Assembly (NCBI GenBank): GCA_964016885.1
Contig: OZ024741.1
Coordinates: forward strand, 126,914,001-126,978,000
Direction of reading: 5' to 3'
DNA from: Eledone cirrhosa
Taxonomy: Eukaryota
DNA: 64,000 bases
Part shown: positions 26,331 through 40,900 of the stretch, one piece after another
How the letters are laid out: every line of letters begins with the position of its first letter
How positions within the stretch are numbered: position 1 is the first letter of the stretch
Translations under genes and position numbers: made by a program
Notes under the pieces: model-generated
What the model was told of the DNA's origin: nothing
Databases searched by the model: none
Seen by the model: only the letters and a program-made list of their open reading frames with translations

Positions 26331-27611
26331 TATATATGTACAATTACTGACTAAATGTGTGTTATTTTCCTTTCCGCACTGAGTTATATTCATCAGAATT
26401 GGCATATGTGAAACTTGTTTTAATATTATCTTCATGCCCTGGAGATTATTGGTCTATATACAATATATATACATATTTCTAAGATGAAATATAAATTGTT
26501 TCATATACATATATTTCTACTTGCGGACATTTTCTGTAACTTAATCATTACTTTAAAATACATCAATATTAGTTTAGTTGAAGTCTATCTATAATGCCCC
26601 TGAGAAATGTTTACAAACCGACTGAAATGGTGAAGCAATACGGGAAACATTATCTTTGTGCACTGATTAAAATTGACATTCTTTGGAACGGTTAGTCCCT
26701 TATCCCTTTCTATACGAGTGGGAGAATTTCAGACCAGCTCAGAAAACTAATGAAGTAGTTGACAATTATAAAATACCATCGTTGTATACACGTGTTGGAC
26801 TACACCATTCATTTAAATATTTAACACTGACTTTAAATAACCATTGAGATTTGTGTGTTTGTACACGGATACTGTTGACACAATCCAATTAATGCTTAGC
26901 CAGTAAACTTGTAATTTTTAACCCAATCAGTTATGACAAGACAATTAACTGGATACTAGCATACATGAGTTAGTAAAACAAAATATTTCGTTGAATTGAA
27001 ATTATATTCATAGTTTCCTCTACCGGCTGAGTTATATATGATGAGAACAAATAGTTAACTAAAATTGCAAAGGAGATACAAGGTTTTTCAGAGGGCTTTA
27101 CAATATACACCATTATCCTGGTGACCTGACTTCGAATGCAAATATTTGTATTTGAACATATCCGGTGTGTTGAATCTTGGAGTCACTGGGTGTTTCAGTT
27201 CTTGTAACATACACCCACATCCAGCTGACCCAATCAAGCCTCAGCCTGTGTCCATGATATATATATATACTACTGAGCAAACCTGTCACTTTTCGTCAGT
27301 TATAACCATCTTGATGCCCGTTAGTGTCCTCCAGCTTGCTCCCGCAGTGCCTGGGGTTCCTTATATTTTTACTAAGACAACAACCTGCGAACCTTTGAGT
27401 GCCAAACTCTACTGACATGCAACGGGTCCCCTACCACTTCTGTCACTTTATCACTTGAGACGCGCACACAGAGACAGACAAGCAGAGAAAGCGACAATGA
27501 GAGAGAGAAAGACAGAGAAAGAAAATGACACTTAAATTAATAGCAATGTCAAAATAATCATCTTAAAATATTATCATTAGAAATATGAATTATAAATGAG
27601 CATAAATCTAA

Positions 27612-27657
<46 letters not shown>

Positions 27658-27949
27658 TTAAACTTTAAAATCATCGGAGAAATCAATAAGAAAAATGGCG
27701 GTGGCGTCCTGTTGCGTCTGTGGGGTTGCGGAGGTGATGGCGGCATTATGAATATCTTAATAGCAATCTCTTAATTAACTACTAGTGGAGCTAGCATGCT
27801 CATAATTATAACAATGCAAGTAATTATCTTTCAGTTTGCGTTTGTTTTCAGCCATCAGTTAAGCTGACGAGATTTTATTTAATCGTAAAGAAATAGAAAC
27901 TGTATATTGAGCGGAATTACAGAAGGAAATACTGACATTCGAAATGAGA

Positions 27950-28410
27950 TGCTACATAAATAACATGAGCATCTTCTACACAGAATGCATAAGTATGGAA
28001 AGCATTCACAAGGCAATCAGGCAACTTGCTGGTAACTTCGACTTGCTAAACACTGTTGCATAATAATCATGAGCTTCTCCTACAGGAAACACATAATCAA
28101 CGAACATATTTGCGCGACAAACAGGCAACACGCGGGCAACTACGAAGACATTCTAAACACTGCAAAGAAAAGAAAAAATGAGATGGTAGGGTCATGGGAT
28201 AAGATCCGGTAGATTGAACAAGGCCAACCTCTAATGAATATAGATCAGGTGAAAACAAAAACAAGGACGTCCGAAGAAAAATGGGCAGATAACATCAAGG
28301 AATAGACCTTTAAAGACCCAAGTTTTGGCTCACGACAAAGATGTGTGTATAGAGATGGTACACTGCTCATCCTACATTGCTTCCACAACACTGGAGGGTC
28401 ATGGGAAAAG
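27950..28410 (+). mobile_element. Highly decayed RTE-like LINE 3' region
   Basis: Remnants of ISY.EH..N..I, KKRKMRW.GH and K.GRP.K.WADNIK. Confidence 0.45.
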
Positions 28411-29344
28411 TAAAGTGAACTGAAGATATTTGGTGAGTTAGCAGTGACGTAAGCACATCACGTAGAATGCTTCGCACAATTCGTTCGAGACATTGCAAGT
28501 ATGAATTGAAATTATCTCTCCCAAACGCAACATAATGCAATTTTGTAATCTCTCATCAAAGTAATACAGAAGAATGCGTTTCCATTACAACTAAAACAAA
28601 ACCTAGTTACGTGGAATTCTGAAATACTTAATGAAAAGCGTTGCTTATCTAAAATCATCAGGCTTCAGCCGTCATATGTTCGATACATTTTATAAATGTT
28701 TACTCCTGTGTAAGTAAACAAGGTAAGTAAACAAAATGTATTAATAAAAATAAAGGAATTCACTATGCCTGTAACATTACAAATATACAGATACATATTT
28801 ATACTTATATAGTACAGGACTAACTGAGACTGCCTAAATGAGTATATATGGACATTGTGTATATAGACATGTAAATATGTCTTTCCTCGTAGATTGAAAT
28901 GTTGAATAAAGCATCAGTTTGAGAAAAAGAAACAAAAAAAATGAAAACAATAACTACATTTAGCATATGTTTATTCCATTCATCACCAAAGAAAGAGTGA
29001 AAATTAAACATAACAAACGCTGTAAGCGAGCAACCGTTACTTCGTGTGTGTGTTTGTGTGTCTGTGTGTGTGCGTGTGTATGTGTGTGTGTGTGCGTGTA
29101 CGTCCTCACTTCAATCTCTGTCTAACGCTCTCACTCTTTACCTGCCATTTGATCAGTATGTATACTCCTACAAATCATTTTAATTCTCTCTGTATCACTT
29201 TTTTGCTCTCTCCGACTCTCTTTATAAAATATAAACGATGACATCAAACATCAGACCAACTAACCAAATAAACAAACAAATGACGCAGATATTCAGTCAT
29301 ATTAGAACTGACTATTCTCAATTTCTCCATATGGATGCAACTAT

Positions 29345-29386
<42 letters not shown>

Positions 29387-29447
29387 AGTGTGTGTGTATT
29401 GATTATAATTACCATTGTACATAGAAAAAGAAACAATGATAATAATG

Positions 29448-29632
29448 ATTGTTTCTACTTTTTGGCACAAGGCCAGCAATTATCCCAGTACATTACTGGT
29501 ACTTTATTTTATCGAGCCCGTAAGGATGAAAGGCAAACTTAACCTCGACAGGACTTGAACTCAAACCGTAAAGGGACGTAACTATGCTAGAAAGCATGGC
29601 GTCCGACCCTCTACCGATACTGCCAATTCACC
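29448..29632 (-). mobile_element. SINE (octopus-type family)
   Basis: Full family motif. Confidence 0.8.
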
Positions 29633-29817
29633 AATGATGACGTGTCTGTAATTTATGCCACTGAGATATAGCTATCATCTTGTCATTTCTGTATCATCTG
29701 AATAACCGCTCTGTACAACATTAAAAATGGAAAAGCTGAACAGATTCAGTGAAATTACATGAATATCTTTTGAGCATTAGTACTTTGGTACTATCATGTG
29801 CCACTGTATATAACTAT

Positions 29818-30008
29818 AATTGCTTCTACATTTGGCACAAGGCCAACAATTATCCCAGTGCATTACTGGTACTTTATTTTATTGACCCCGTAAGGATGAA
29901 AGGCAACGCTAACCTCGGTGGGATTTGAACTCAGACCGTAAAGGGACGTAACTCTATGCTGCAAAGCATGGCGTCCGACTCTCTACCGATACTGCTAGTC
30001 CACCGCCA
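29818..30008 (-). mobile_element. SINE (octopus-type family)
   Basis: Full family motif. Confidence 0.8.
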
Positions 30009-30969
30009 CTGTATATGATTATAATGTAAAAGCGCGTGACTTGTCGGTTAAAGTGTTCGACTCATGATCGTAAGGACGTGCGTTTATTGTGCTCATTGTG
30101 CCCTTGAGCAAGACACCTTATCTCACATAGTTGCAGTCGACTCAACTGGAAAAATGGGCCGTACTCAAGCGGTAATTCAGAGTATCAGCCTGAAATTTAT
30201 GTTAATTTCACCAGCAGGGTTTTCCGTAGTTCGAACTTTGTCACACAATATCATACTGAATCTCCCTGACATTTACATTATGAGTACACATACGTGTAGT
30301 ATATTCGGCCAATTTCACCTTAATTAATTAATCAATTTCACCAGCAGGTATTTCCGTTGGTCGAGCAGCTGGAATACTCGCAGTCGGAACAGACTGCTAT
30401 CCATAAACTCATCTCACCATTAGCGTAAACGTTTTCATTTTTTTCTTTTCTAAATTTACTTTGAAGCGAGATATTTTCTTGCTCTGTCCATAGATAAACA
30501 GGGTGTCCAAACCACATTTTAAATAAATTTGTGCTATTCATAATATCATTTCTTTACTGAAAACAAGCATCACGAAGCAGCATATGTCATTCTGTTTTGT
30601 TTTCATTCTGTTTTATAATTAGTTATCGTCAGTTTATGTATTGTTGAAAATATGAATATATATTCGAATGTTAATCTCGGGTTAACTAACAATATGACAG
30701 TTTGTCTAACTTATGAAAACATTCATTATATTCTGTATTAGTACTTGCGCTATTACTATATATTCATGCTCAGAGAGAGAGAGAGAGCGATACACATACA
30801 CACATATAGATGTGTGAGATCCCACATGGATATATATATATATATATATATATATAGTAATAATAATAAATTTGAAGACTAAAATCCAAAGAGGGCTCGA
30901 TAAGGATAAATATATATCAAATATATAAGAACCGTAGAGCAAATATTTATTAAAAGTATATACAAAGGA

Positions 30970-31012
30970 ACGATGTACTAGTTTCAAGCTTATTAGCTAT
31001 CGTCAGCACCGT
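30970..31012 (-). ncRNA. Minimal type I hammerhead ribozyme
   Basis: acggtg-CTGACGA-tagct aata agctt-GAAA-ctag-TA-catcgt. Stem III ACTAGT is a palindrome. Confidence 0.8.
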
Positions 31013-31560
31013 ATACCTGCCTGCCAGATTATTGAACGTCTGAAAGTATATACTTTCCTTATGCATATTAACGGCTGAGCAGCCTAATTTGCATATCTAG
31101 TGAGGTAATCGGCCGGGCGCACCGAAAACGATAAACGGAAAAAATGAAACGAAATTTCATTTCTCACTCTTAGTACGTTCCTTTGTCAGTGTTGAACAAA
31201 AGGGCAACGACGGTTACTAAACACTGTACGGCTTAATTCGGGATGTTTGTTTACAAACACACCGAGCATTATAATAAATGTTCGGTAAATCCATACGTAC
31301 ATATATATATGTGCATGTATGTATATATATACATACTACTGTACGTCTGTATACATACATGTATGTACGTATACATACTTATATTTAAGTAACAGCCGTA
31401 CTAAGAGTGAGAAATTAAATTTCGTTTCATTTTTACCGTTTATCGTTTTCGGTGCGCCCGCCGATTAACTCACTCGATATGCAAATTAGGCTGCTCAGCC
31501 GTTAATATGCATAAGGAAAGTATATACTTTCAGACGTTCAATCATCTGGCAGGAAGGTAT

Positions 31561-31603
31561 ACGGTGCTGACGATAGCTAATAAGCTTGAAACTAGTACAG
31601 CGT
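31561..31603 (+). ncRNA. Minimal type I hammerhead ribozyme
   Basis: acggtg-CTGACGA-tagctaataagctt-GAAA-ctag-TA-cagcgt. Predicted cleavage after 31597. Confidence 0.75.
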
Positions 31604-32171
31604 TCCTTTGTCAGTGTTGAACAAAAGGGTAACGATGGTTGCTAAACACTGTACGGCTTAATACGGGATGTTTGTTTACAAACACACCTAGCATTATAAT
31701 AAATGTTCGGTAAATCCATACGTACATATATATATGTGTGCATGTATGTATATATATATACATACTACTGTACGTCTGTATACATATATGTATGTACGTA
31801 TACATACTTATATTTATATATATATATATATGTGTGTGTGTGTATGTATATATATCTATATATCTAAAACAGAGAATGTCTGTCTGTCTGTCTGTATGTC
31901 TCTCTGTCTGTCTGACTCCCTAAAACTCGAGAACCACCCAACCAAGTTTTTTCAAACTTTACACATGTAATACTTATGGTCGTGTGAGTGTTTTGAGCAA
32001 AATATATTTTAAATGTTCACTGCTCTAGGGACCGCATTAGGCGATTTAGCAATCTCTCTCTCTTTTTCTTAGTCTGTCTTTTTAGATAGATACATAGTTA
32101 TAACGTCGCGCCCTTATAATATCTGTCTGTATGACTGGCTGTCTGCATTATGACATTATGACGCTTTCTGG

Positions 32172-32206
<35 letters not shown>

Positions 32207-32234
32207 TATATAGTGTGTGTATATATGTATATAA

Positions 32235-32278
<44 letters not shown>

Positions 32279-32327
32279 GTAACGTTTTTCGAAATATTTA
32301 GTTCTGCCTTCACAGATTGATTTTTTT

Positions 32328-32378
32328 AGTTTCAGAAGATCCCGTTAAGGGTGAAAGCAGCGACTCTTTGCTTAAACT
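32328..32378 (+). ncRNA. Variant hammerhead motif (core CAGAAGA), copy of the PLE pLTR at 994-1044
   Basis: agttt-CAGAAGA-tcccgttaagggt-GAAA-gca gcgactctt tgc-TT-aaact. Confidence 0.55.
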
Positions 32379-32398
32379 TTAATCTATTATTTTAATAA

Positions 32399-32486
<88 letters not shown>

Positions 32487-32499
32487 ACATATAATAGGA

Positions 32500-33329
32500 T
32501 TCCCGATGTATATCGGGAGGTGACTAGTTTTCCCATCGAAATACCCCTACCTCGAGTCTAACGCGCTTTTCCATCCTCCTCCCCCACGCATCCATGCACT
32601 CATGGAAGGATTCTCCCGGGAATCTCCACAGCTTTGTCGTCAAAGCCCTTTTGATGGCTTCCACGTCTGGAAATGAGTCCTAGTGACTCATCACCGATGA
32701 TGATTCTCCCCAGAAAATCTGGACCCTCGGTAATGTCCTGACACACCTGCATGCGCCGCTCCTTCTGGTCAGCGTTCAGCAGCTTCGGCACCATCTTCGC
32801 TCAGATCTTCCGCATTCCCAAATCTTTAGTGATAATATTCCAAACGTGGTTCACGCCCAGCTCACTTGTGATCAATCGAACCGTCAGCCAACGATCACCA
32901 CACACCGTCTGCCTCACGCACTCAACGTTGGCCGCAGTCCTACTCGTTGAAGCCCTTTCGCTCTTGAGGGTCGTCTTCCGTGTCCTCGCGTCTCTCCTTG
33001 AACATTTTGTGCCACTCGAAAACCCGTGAGCGCGACACCGTCTCATCTCTGTACACTTGCTGCAAATTTCTCAGTGCTTCTGATGGAGTTTTCCCCAGCC
33101 GAACCAGAAATTTCAGGTTGGTTCGTTGCTCTGTGCCCATTGCACGACAGCCTAAAATCAAGGAGCTGTTACCAAAACACGTGAAAACATACAATGACTG
33201 AAGAGAGCTGGGATCGCAGCTGTATACTCCCCTGATTTTACATCACATGGTGACGTAATCCACTAATCACTACACCACTCATAGTTCACACAGCACACTT
33301 AGTCCTTTTACTTTTCTGACACACCTCGT
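32500..33329 (-). mobile_element. Mariner-like transposon relic
   Basis: TA + cgaggtgtgtcagaaaagta end. EQRTNLKFLVRLGKTPSE..LQQVY..SRSRVFEWHK.FK (mariner HTH), MVPKLL..QK.RR and IIIGDES. Confidence 0.8.
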
Positions 33330-34059
33330 ATATTAGTTTAAAGCTTGATATAGTAATAAAAAGTGTCATAACGTTACTGGCGTAAGTCTTTCATCAAACG
33401 ATAGGAGAAATAAAAGAGGAAATAGAAAGATAAAAGGTAGTGAGAAGTGAGAAAGAAATGGAAAACATTTGGGAGGAGAAAAAGACGTGTGTGTTCAGTT
33501 ATATATATATATATATATATATATATACGAGATATATATGCGCGCGCACATGTATATATAATTGTAATACTTCTCAATACAAAGGAAATATTTTCATGTA
33601 AATTCTATCAGCGCATTTGATAAAATTAGCATAGTATCAAATGCCGCCAATTTCCGAGCTATAATATAATAAAACATATCGAATAACATAGGAGAATTCG
33701 CAATTGAAAATTATTCAGGTACACATTCCACATAAATATGTTTATTCTGAACATAAATCTATGATTCTAGCGACCACATGTGCACACATAACTTTTTACA
33801 TAGATTGCCTTCTACATCAAGCAACAATTGCTTAAGAATTGCGCAGAGTAACATACAAGCCGCAGTGTGTAATTATCAAATCTCTTCATGAATACGCTTA
33901 ACCAACAAACTACCTGTCATGTATGTATGTATGTATGTATGTATGTATGTATGTATGTATGTATGTATGTATGTATGTATGCATGTATGTATGCATGTAT
34001 GTATGTATGTATGCATGTATGTATGTATGTATGTATGTATGTATGTATTATGTATGTTA

Positions 34060-34665
34060 GTCACCAGTTGGTGCTACTGGTAACATGTATTCCAGTACAA
34101 CCTGTCCCATGGTCGGGTCGTTGGCGACTAAACTGGCAACCCCACCAAGGTTTCTTGGTGAGGAGGGTGACTTTGGACATCCTGCAGGACTAAAAACAAA
34201 ACCTGTCAAAGGGCAAAGGAGCTCTTAAGAGTCAATGGCCATCCAAAATCACCGGGAGAGATGATCCCTTAGCCTTTGTTAAGGCAGAATTCTAGGAGAA
34301 GGAAAACTCTGATATAACACTTGCAACCCTGATGGTATCCAATGATGTTGACTTGTTCTTCTTTTTGGTAAATATCATCTTGGTTAAGAGAGTGGGACTG
34401 GCTTTGTGCAGTGCCTTTGCTCACTATAAAAGCTTCACGGCACAGGCATTGCTTTATATCTGGAGATCTCTCTGCACTTGTCGTCACATGGGACCATGGG
34501 CCCAGCACTATGTGTCAATAATTGTCACAAGTGTAGTGTTTGTACCAGAGTTTTCAAGTTGCTGGCTCGACTAAAAAGTCACACTTGTTCAGCACATCGG
34601 TAGGAGTTCTACTACATGGATATAAAGTAGTGGTCGTACTCGAAAACGAGTTGGCAGCCACCATG
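34060..34665 (+). mobile_element. Non-autonomous RTE-derived element in (TATG)n
   Basis: Homolog of 5582-6117, ending gagttggcagccaccatg(tatg)n. Confidence 0.7.
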
Positions 34666-34740
34666 TGTGTATGTATGTATGTATGTATGTATGTATGTAT
34701 GTATGTATGTATGTATGTACGTATGTATGTATGTATGCAT

Positions 34741-35370
34741 GTCGGGTCACTCTTGAGTGCTACTGGTAACATGTAACCCAGTACATCCTGTCACACGGTC
34801 GGGTCGTCGGCGCCTAAACCGGCAACCCCACCAAGTTTACTTGATGACAAGAGTGATTTTGGACACCTTGCAGGACAAAAAACAAAACCTGACAAAGGGT
34901 GGAAGAACTCATAAGAGGCACCGGCCATCCAAAGATGTGTAAATATGTATATACACATGTACATATATATGTATATGTATATGTGTATATACGTGGGTGC
35001 ATGTATATGTATATGCGCGGGGACATAGAAATAGTCGGGCTGGACACCCGATCACGCGGTTAAACCACTGGGAGTGAAGGGCCCCTAGCTTTGGTCAGGG
35101 GATTCTTCTAGGAGAAGGCAACTCGGGAAACTGGGATAATTCCGACATAAAACCTGCGGCTCAGTAGATACCGATAATGGGGATCTTTTCTTCTTTTCAA
35201 GTTATAGCTACTGTCGCTCAGAGAGTGGGATTGGCTCAGTGTACAGTCTTTCCTCACTTTAAAAAGAATCTTCACGCACTGGCATTGCACGATAGAATAA
35301 ATTAATAATTATTAATAATGTTATATCGTCCAATGGCCATACTCAATAACGATGGGGCAGCCACCATGTA
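34741..35370 (+). mobile_element. Two further RTE-derived fragments (5' ends and one 3' end)
   Basis: 34741-34935 repeats the 5' end of the 34060 element. ctaggagaaggcaactc at about 35108 and ggcagccaccatgtat 3' end at about 35356. Confidence 0.55.
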
Positions 35371-35579
35371 TCTATGTATGTATGTATTTATGTATATGTG
35401 TGTGTGTATGTATGGACGCGTAACTCCTGATGTAGTCGTAGGGGCGCTGTGTGGCATACGGCGTCTCTTGAGTATTTTAAACCTGGCGGAGCCCATCTTC
35501 TCCTCAAGTCTGAACACAGCAAATTTCTTCCAGAGAAGGATGGAAAGTGGAAGAGGGGAAGTGATAAAGAGATATAGAG

Positions 35580-35740
35580 AAAGAATCGACCCCAGTAGTA
35601 GACTGGTTCTTTTTTATCGACATCAAAGGATGAAAGGCAAAGTTGACCTCGGCAAGATTTGAACTCAGAAAGCAGAGAGCCAGAACGAATACCGCCAAGC
35701 ATTCTATCCAACGTTCTTATGTATCTACCAATTCGTCGCC
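35580..35740 (-). mobile_element. SINE
   Basis: atcgaccccag..actggt..ttatcgac..aaggatgaaaggcaaagttgacctcggc..atttgaactcagaa. Confidence 0.75.
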
Positions 35741-37985
35741 TCTACCTGTCATAGGGGTACCTAATTAGAGCTGAAATTGTTTCCTGATCTCGATTGTCAT
35801 CACATCAACCAGCAAAATCTTCTTTATTTATTGAAAATTAACAGTTTAGTGAATGAACTGGAAATTTTGTAGCAGAATTTCAGCTGCAACTAGTAAATAT
35901 AATATATTTGCAGTGGGTACTTTGACATAAGCAGCTCGCAAATGTTTTTCGCGCGAGGTTTTGCACTTCAGATGCAAAACGAGTGAACGAAAGAACGCTA
36001 CACCCTTTAATTGCTTGATTCTTGCTGTTGGCGTTTGTAAGCGTAGATGTTAGATCTCCATCGGTTTTTTACAAGTGTTCCAGTCATTTAATCAACACAG
36101 CATTACTCGTGGTATTAACGTGCAAATATCTGAGCATTTCACAAATATGTAAACCTTAATGTAATTCTCAGTGACATTCAGCATGACACAGTATGTGACA
36201 GGGATGGCTCTTTGAATTATAGATGTAGTTCATGCGACGGGCTTCCAAGCAGTTTCCGTCTACCAAATTTCACTCACAAGACATAGTTCAACTCAAGGTT
36301 ATGGTAAACGACACTTTATAAGATAATTAGGTCCTGGAATCTAACCCAGGACCTAATGATTGCAAAACGAACCACTTCACTATTTGTCCATACTGTGCCA
36401 ACCATTGTATTAGAGTTAATATATTTATAATCTAATCATTTAACCTAATGATTCTCAATTTAAGGTTTTCATTTGACTTTATCAGCAACATTCATTCATT
36501 TCTTTATTTATTTCCAGCTTCAAGCTGTTTAAATTTCCTCATACTCTCCCCTTCTCCACCATTTCACAATAATAACTTACATTATTTTTTATTCTTCTAA
36601 TTATTCCCCTTAAATAATTCTCTGATTTATTTCATAATTGACAATTAATCGTCATATTCTCCCTCAACTCCAGGTTTATTATTCATACCCCCTCTAGGTA
36701 AAAGTGTTTAATATTTCCGCATATCTTTTACCGGCCTTTAAACCTAATATAATTTTTGTTCATCTAATTATCCACTAATCTTAGCAATCATACAGTCAAG
36801 CACATTTATAATTTGTTTACAAACACATTGAGCATCTTATATTTTATCATCTTATAAAATATAACATTTTATTATATTAAAAATTGTTTTTCATTATGCC
36901 ATTAATTTACTAATCATTCAACAATACCCTTTTTCATACCTTTACACATAACTTCAGTCATATATCCGTCAAAACATACACCTTTCCCTTATACTAGCAC
37001 TGCCAAGCAGCTATCCATGTCCCCTCTAAAGCATTTAGATGCGCTCACTATCGCAACCTACTAGCTACTCTCTCTACCCCTGCACATCTCTTCAACTACT
37101 ACACCTTAGTTATTTTCTACATCACTACCTCCCCCACCTTTCCTCCTACTTATCACCCTGCCAAATCACCATACTCGCCATACACCTATAACTTCGCACC
37201 TATCTCCCTTCTTTCTCCCCTCCAAACCCCACAGAACTAAGAGGGCTCCTCAATTGGAACTATGACCAACAACCTTTCTAGTGACGGTGTCCATGGTACA
37301 ACCTTTAAGGGAATTACCGATAGGATGGGCATCTTTTTGTAAAAACCAGTCCTAAAAATGTTGAGATGACCCCCTTAGTTTTCTCAATAGCACAACCTCT
37401 CTGGTGTTGGTGATATACTCAATAAATGCACCAGGTACACACTGTAAAGTGATTGGTTATAGGAGGGCAAATCCAACCGTAGAAAGCTTGCCAAACAAAA
37501 GTTGTGTCAAAGAGATGACAAACTATCTTCCTCTGGTGCTACGGTAAATGCACGCGGTGAACCCGTAGGTAAGCGAGATGCGAACCCCAGGTTTGTCTGG
37601 GAGGTCAGCGGCACCACTTCAGTATTAACTCGGTCTGGGAAGACCATCCCTTGCTAACAGGGAAAGTAGACCAATACAGGTACACTGAACCAGGAATAAT
37701 CGAAATCCCAGAGTCTAAATCAATACAGGAGCTGGTTATTGATATGGGCAATGATGCATCGTTTCCTGCACACATCACCAAAAGAACGTTCTGTCCTATA
37801 TCTTGGTTTTGTGTGTTGCACACAAAAATAAGATGTGTATGAGAGAACAAAGGAGATACAAAAAATAACAAATCAGTCACTGAGGAGGTCACAGAATGTG
37901 TCCCGAAAGAACTTTGACAATAAATAAATAGCCATCTGATTGTTGAACCAACCATTCAGCAATAAATAATAATAATATTAATAAT

Positions 37986-40900
37986 GCTTTCTTTATTAAC
38001 CACAAGGGTTTACATAAAGTAGACATTAAGGACAGTACAAGACAATACAGGACGGTACAAATGGGCATTTCTGCGTGTAAAAAAACGGAGGATGTAATAA
38101 AAATAACAATGAAAAATTCCCCAATAGGGGGGGGGGGAGACTTCCGAGGGACATTTGTGGAGAAAGCCCATTAAAAGGCCACAGTGACCCTGACCACCAG
38201 GGCAAGTGCCCTCTCCCAGTTTTCCACCTTTAATTTACAGACACATAGTCAGAGTAGGCCCATTCATTCGGGCCATACTTGCTTCTCTCACCCATCTTTC
38301 AACAAAATGCTGGGAAGAGAGCACTTCCCTCTCTACTCTGATTTTCCTTTTCAAATGAAATTTGAAAAAGTTAATCAGGCTATCGCCAAACAGGTAAGTG
38401 CTCGTCTTCAGCCCTTTCAAACGTGTCCACCATACTATCTCTTTCGCCATGGCCACCAGACAGATAAAAACTGCCTGCCCTTCCCGGCTAAAGGGAGAGG
38501 GCGAGGTAATCCTCACTATGGACTCAGCTGATAGCTGGATCCGTCCTACACGTGACAGCAGGTGTGCGACATAAACCCACAAGTCAGCAATGCTCGGACA
38601 CTGGACGAGTGCTTGCAGGACGGTTTCGTCACCCTGCGCGCATCTCGGACATGCTCGGCTGACGGCACCTCCATGCCTGTAGATTTATACCGAACTGGCA
38701 AAGCTCCTCGGTAGCACTGCCAGGCCAGGGATTTCTGGAAGTTGTCCATAGGCCCCGGCCCGAAAGTCCTTCCGAAGAAATTGGCTAGTTGATTTTCGTC
38801 GACGCCTAGATTTTCTCCAAGTACGTCGTCGCTCTTCCCCTCCACTAATCCTCTATAGAACGCCATGGTGGAGTTTCCACCGATCACATTGCCCGATTGG
38901 TCGAGGGCTGTGAGTGCCTGAAGACGTTCCAGTCTCCAAGCGCTCCTCTCGGTCTTCGCTTGACCCAGGACTGCAGCTCCGTCAAGGAGACGAGCTGGGG
39001 AAAGACGTGTCTAGCGAACGGCGACCACACCTGGTCACCGTCGAGGAAGAGGTGGAGATGTCGTAGCCTGAGCGCGTGTCTGCGCATCATCAGCCACGGC
39101 ATGCCCAGCCCTCCACGTAGCGGGTGTTGACAGCAGATGGACCGCCTAACCATCGGAGCGCGTCCCTTCCACAAAAAGTGATAGAGCAAACGCTCCAGCG
39201 CAGGCAGGCGGGGCTTAGGACAAGGTACAACGGTCAGGCGGTAGTAGATGACGGACGCGATGTACGCGTTAACCACCTCCGCTCGACCTTTCAGGGATAG
39301 CTTCCTCTCGGCCCATTTCTGGGTGAGAGAAGCCACCCTGCTCGTCACCTTGTTCCAGTTTTTGTGCGTCTGGAGGTTCGGACCGAACCAGACCCCGAGC
39401 AATTTAACCGGTCCGTCCGTCCAGCGCCCGACGACGCTGTTGGATGGCATGGACCTGCCTCTCCAGGTGCCGAGCTGCAGGCCCACTGACTTTTCCTGGT
39501 TGATCATTGCTCCTGTCACCGCTTCGTATTCTCTTAGTGTAGTGCCGATCGCCTCGATGTGTTTGGCGTTCGACACCACTACGGTGACATCGTCCGCATA
39601 TGCTGACCCGGATCTTCCGCATCCTAGTTCGCGCGGGACCCCCTCAACGTCTCCAGTTTGTGCAGTAATGGCTCGAGAGACAATACGTACAAGAGGGACG
39701 AGAGGGGACATCCTTGGCGGACCGAGCGCATGATGTTGAACGGTTCCGACAGGTGACCGTTCACTCTCACCACAGAGCAGATGTCGCCGTGCATGGCAAC
39801 GATCCGGCCTCTGAAGACGGGCCCAAAGCCAGCCGCCCTCGGGACTGCCGCTAGGTAACGATGGTCGACCCTATCGAAAGCTTTCGACTGATCTAAATTG
39901 ATCAAGGAACTACCCGTGCCAGGTTCCCTAGCTACCCTCTCTACGATGTATCGCATGAGGTGGAGGTTGTCGTGGATGGATCTGTCGGGAATAGCGCGCG
40001 TCTGCGCCTCTCCCACCAGACCACCAACGACAAGCGCCAACCTCTTTTCTAGTACCTTGGCCAAAATCTAGAACTTTCTGTTTATCAGAGTTATGGGCCT
40101 AAAATTATCTATGTTATCCCCCTTGTTCGGATCCTTTCTCAGCAGCGCCACAGCTCCTCGGCTCACAGAGCTGGACATTCTCCCGTTCTGTTGCCAGTTG
40201 CAGTAGACGTCTGCCAAGAGGCCTCCGAACAAGTCTGGCATTTGTACGTAAAGTTCATAGGGCAGACCATCTAAACCAGGCGATTTACCCCTTGTGCAGC
40301 CAGTCATTGCCTCCCGTACTTCAGCGGCTGTTATCGGCTTTTCGCAATACTCCGCCTCAGTGGCCGAGAGCCTCAGTAGTCCGTCGAGGTAGACATTAAA
40401 GTCCATCCCTCGATCCGGCCCGCCGCTGCCCCCGAACAGTTGTGCGAAGTGTCACTGAAAAGCTTCACACGTTTGCCCGGGATCGATTAACATGCGCCCG
40501 TCGTGGTCCACCAAAGACCGGATCGTGGCTTTGTTGCCACGACGCGCCTCGGCCACTCGGGCCCATTGAACGGCTTTCGTCCCCTCGTGTCTGAGAGCAC
40601 GCACCCTAGCTCTGACAACGCAGCCTTCGTGCTTTGCATTGAAGAATTAGTCAAGGGCCAATTTCCCCGTAAGTACGTCGGTCGCGATGCTTCTGCTAAG
40701 CGCCTCGTCTAATTTTCTAACTAATTCTCCCTCTGCTCTATTTTTCTCTATTGCTAAGCCTTACTAAACCTGATGGACTCTATTCTAATTGCTCTTTTCA
40801 GAGCAAACCACCACTTGTTGTTGACGATGGCCCCCGTCAACGCCCGCTTAACTAGTTCGCTAATCCGGTCTCTGTAGGCTTGCGCGCTGGTAAGGACGCG

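Larger units (their letters stand above)
30963..31815 (+). mobile_element. Non-autonomous PLE/retrozyme-like element: inverted arm plus 425-nt tandem unit
   Basis: 30963-31176 is the inverse of about 31397-31610. The sequence from 31176 repeats at 31601. HHRs on both strands. Confidence 0.8.

Noticed and set aside
26595-26640. CTGAGAA..GAAA hammerhead-like text
   Set aside because: The core is wrong and the stems do not pair.
30338-30541. Cys-rich 67-aa ORF, possible host exon
   Set aside because: Weak splice signals, no recognisable domain and no partner exons.
37605-37955. 116-aa ORF in unique-looking DNA
   Set aside because: No recognisable homology or motif. RNA-seq would be needed.
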